NCBI RefSeq assembly: GCF_009914755.1
Contig: NC_060938.1
Direction: 5' to 3' (one strand)
DNA: 64,000 nucleotides
Source of the DNA: the human T2T-CHM13v2.0 reference genome, Homo sapiens
The position numbers and the translations under genes are program-made. This document shows, in pieces, positions 62,604-64,000 of the stretch. Position 1 is the stretch's first letter. Each line of letters opens with the position of its first letter. Below the pieces are notes generated by a model that searched no databases, had not been told where the DNA came from, and saw nothing but the letters and a program-made list of their open reading frames with translations.

Positions 62604-64000
62604 CCCCAATGCATCCATGTGTTCTCATTGTTCAGCTCCCACTTATAAGTGAGAACATGGAGTATTTGGTTTTCTCTTCCTGTGTTAGTTTGCTGAGGAT
62701 AATGGCTTCCGGCTCCATCCATGTCCCTGCAAAGGACATGATCTCGTTCCTTTTTATGGCTGCATAGTATTCCATGATACTACATTTTCTTTATCCAGTC
62801 TATCATGATGGGCATTTGGGTGGATTCCATATCTTTACTATTGTGAATTGTGCTGCAGTGAACATATGCGTGCATCTATCTTTGTAGTAGAATGACTTCT
62901 ATTCCTTTGGGTATATGCCCAGTGATGGGATTGCTGGGTCAAATGGTATTTCTGCTTCTAGATCTTTGAGAATTTGCCACACTGTCTTCCACAATGGTTG
63001 AACTAATTTACACTCCCACTAACAGTGTACAAGTGTTCCTTTTTCTCTGCAACCTCACCAGCATCTGTTGTCTCTTGACTTTTTAATAGTCACCATTCTG
63101 ACTGGTGTGAGATGATATCTTATTGTGCTTTTGATTTCATTTCTCTAATGATCAGTGACGTTGAGCTTTTTTCCATATGTTTATTGGCCACATGAATGTC
63201 TTCTTTTGCAAAATGTCTGTTCATGTCATTTCCCCACTTTTTAATGGGGTTGTTTGTTTTTTTCTTGTAAATTTGTTTGTGCCTTGTAGATTCTGGATAT
63301 TAGACCTTTGTCAGATGGATAGATTGCAAAAATTTTCTCCCATTCTGTAGGTTGCCTGTTCACTCTGATGACAGTTTCTTTTGCTGTGCAGAAGCTCTTT
63401 AGTTTAATTAGATCACATTTGTCAATGTTTGCTTTTGTTGCAATTGCTTTTAGCATTTTTGTCATGAAATCTTTTTACCTATGTCCTGAATGGTATTGTC
63501 TAGATTTTCTTCTAGGGTTTTTATAGTTTTGGGTTTTACATATAAGTTTTTAATTAATCCATCTTGAGTTAATTTTTGTATAAGATGAAAGGAAGGGGTC
63601 CAGTTTCAATTTTCTGCATATGGCTAGCCAGATTTCCCAGCACTATTTATTACATAGGGAATCCTTTCTTTATTGCTTGTTTTTGTCAGGTTTGTTGAAG
63701 ATCAGATGGTTGTAGGTGTGTGGTCTTATTTCTGAATTCTCTATTCTGTTCCGTTGGTCTATGTGTCTGTTTTTGTACCAGTACCATGCTGTTTTGGTTA
63801 CTGTAGCCTTGCAGTATAGTTTGAAGTCTGGTAGTGTGATGCCTCCAGCTTCGTTCTTTTTTTTGCTTAGGATTGTCTTGGCTATTCAGGCTCTTTTTTG
63901 GTTCCATATGAATTTTAAAATAGTTTCTTCTAATTTTGTGAAGAATGTCAATGGTAGTTTAATGGGAATAGCATTGAATCTATAAATTACTTTCAGCACT
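62604..64000 (-). mobile_element. L1PA (primate LINE-1), ORF2 3' part and partial 3' UTR, continuing past the window edge
   Basis: ORF 63241-63465 reads ...[42 protein letters not shown], which is L1 ORF2p; frameshifted and inactive. Confidence 0.95.

Overview
Primate (very likely human) euchromatic, Alu-rich DNA with no supportable protein-coding sequence. Bases 1-~2990 are repeat-free and look like the end of a long + strand 3' UTR, with a proximal AATAAA (314), a distal AATAAA (2963), UGUA/GU-rich auxiliary elements, Pumilio elements and miRNA seed matches. I cannot name the gene from sequence alone. The remaining ~61 kb is intergenic: about 46 Alu/FLAM copies (35 minus, 11 plus by my count), old L1M/L2/MIR/L3 fragments, solo LTRs with TSDs (MER41A, LTR8, MLT1A, THE1), an ancient MLT1 LTR-internal-LTR remnant, hAT-type DNA transposon fossils, microsatellites and an L1PA at the right edge. 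The most notable non-routine observations are a GC/CpG-rich candidate cis-regulatory module at ~48.4-50.1 kb (two CCAAT boxes around a C/EBP-ATF element, next to a recent 78-bp tandem duplication), a duplicated perfect antisense splice donor, a dispersed 64-bp local duplication, and repeated reuse of single retrotransposon target sites. I found no convincing evidence for a new biological system. Repeat subfamily calls come from my recall of consensus sequences and need RepeatMasker/Dfam confirmation; boundaries of old repeats are approximate.
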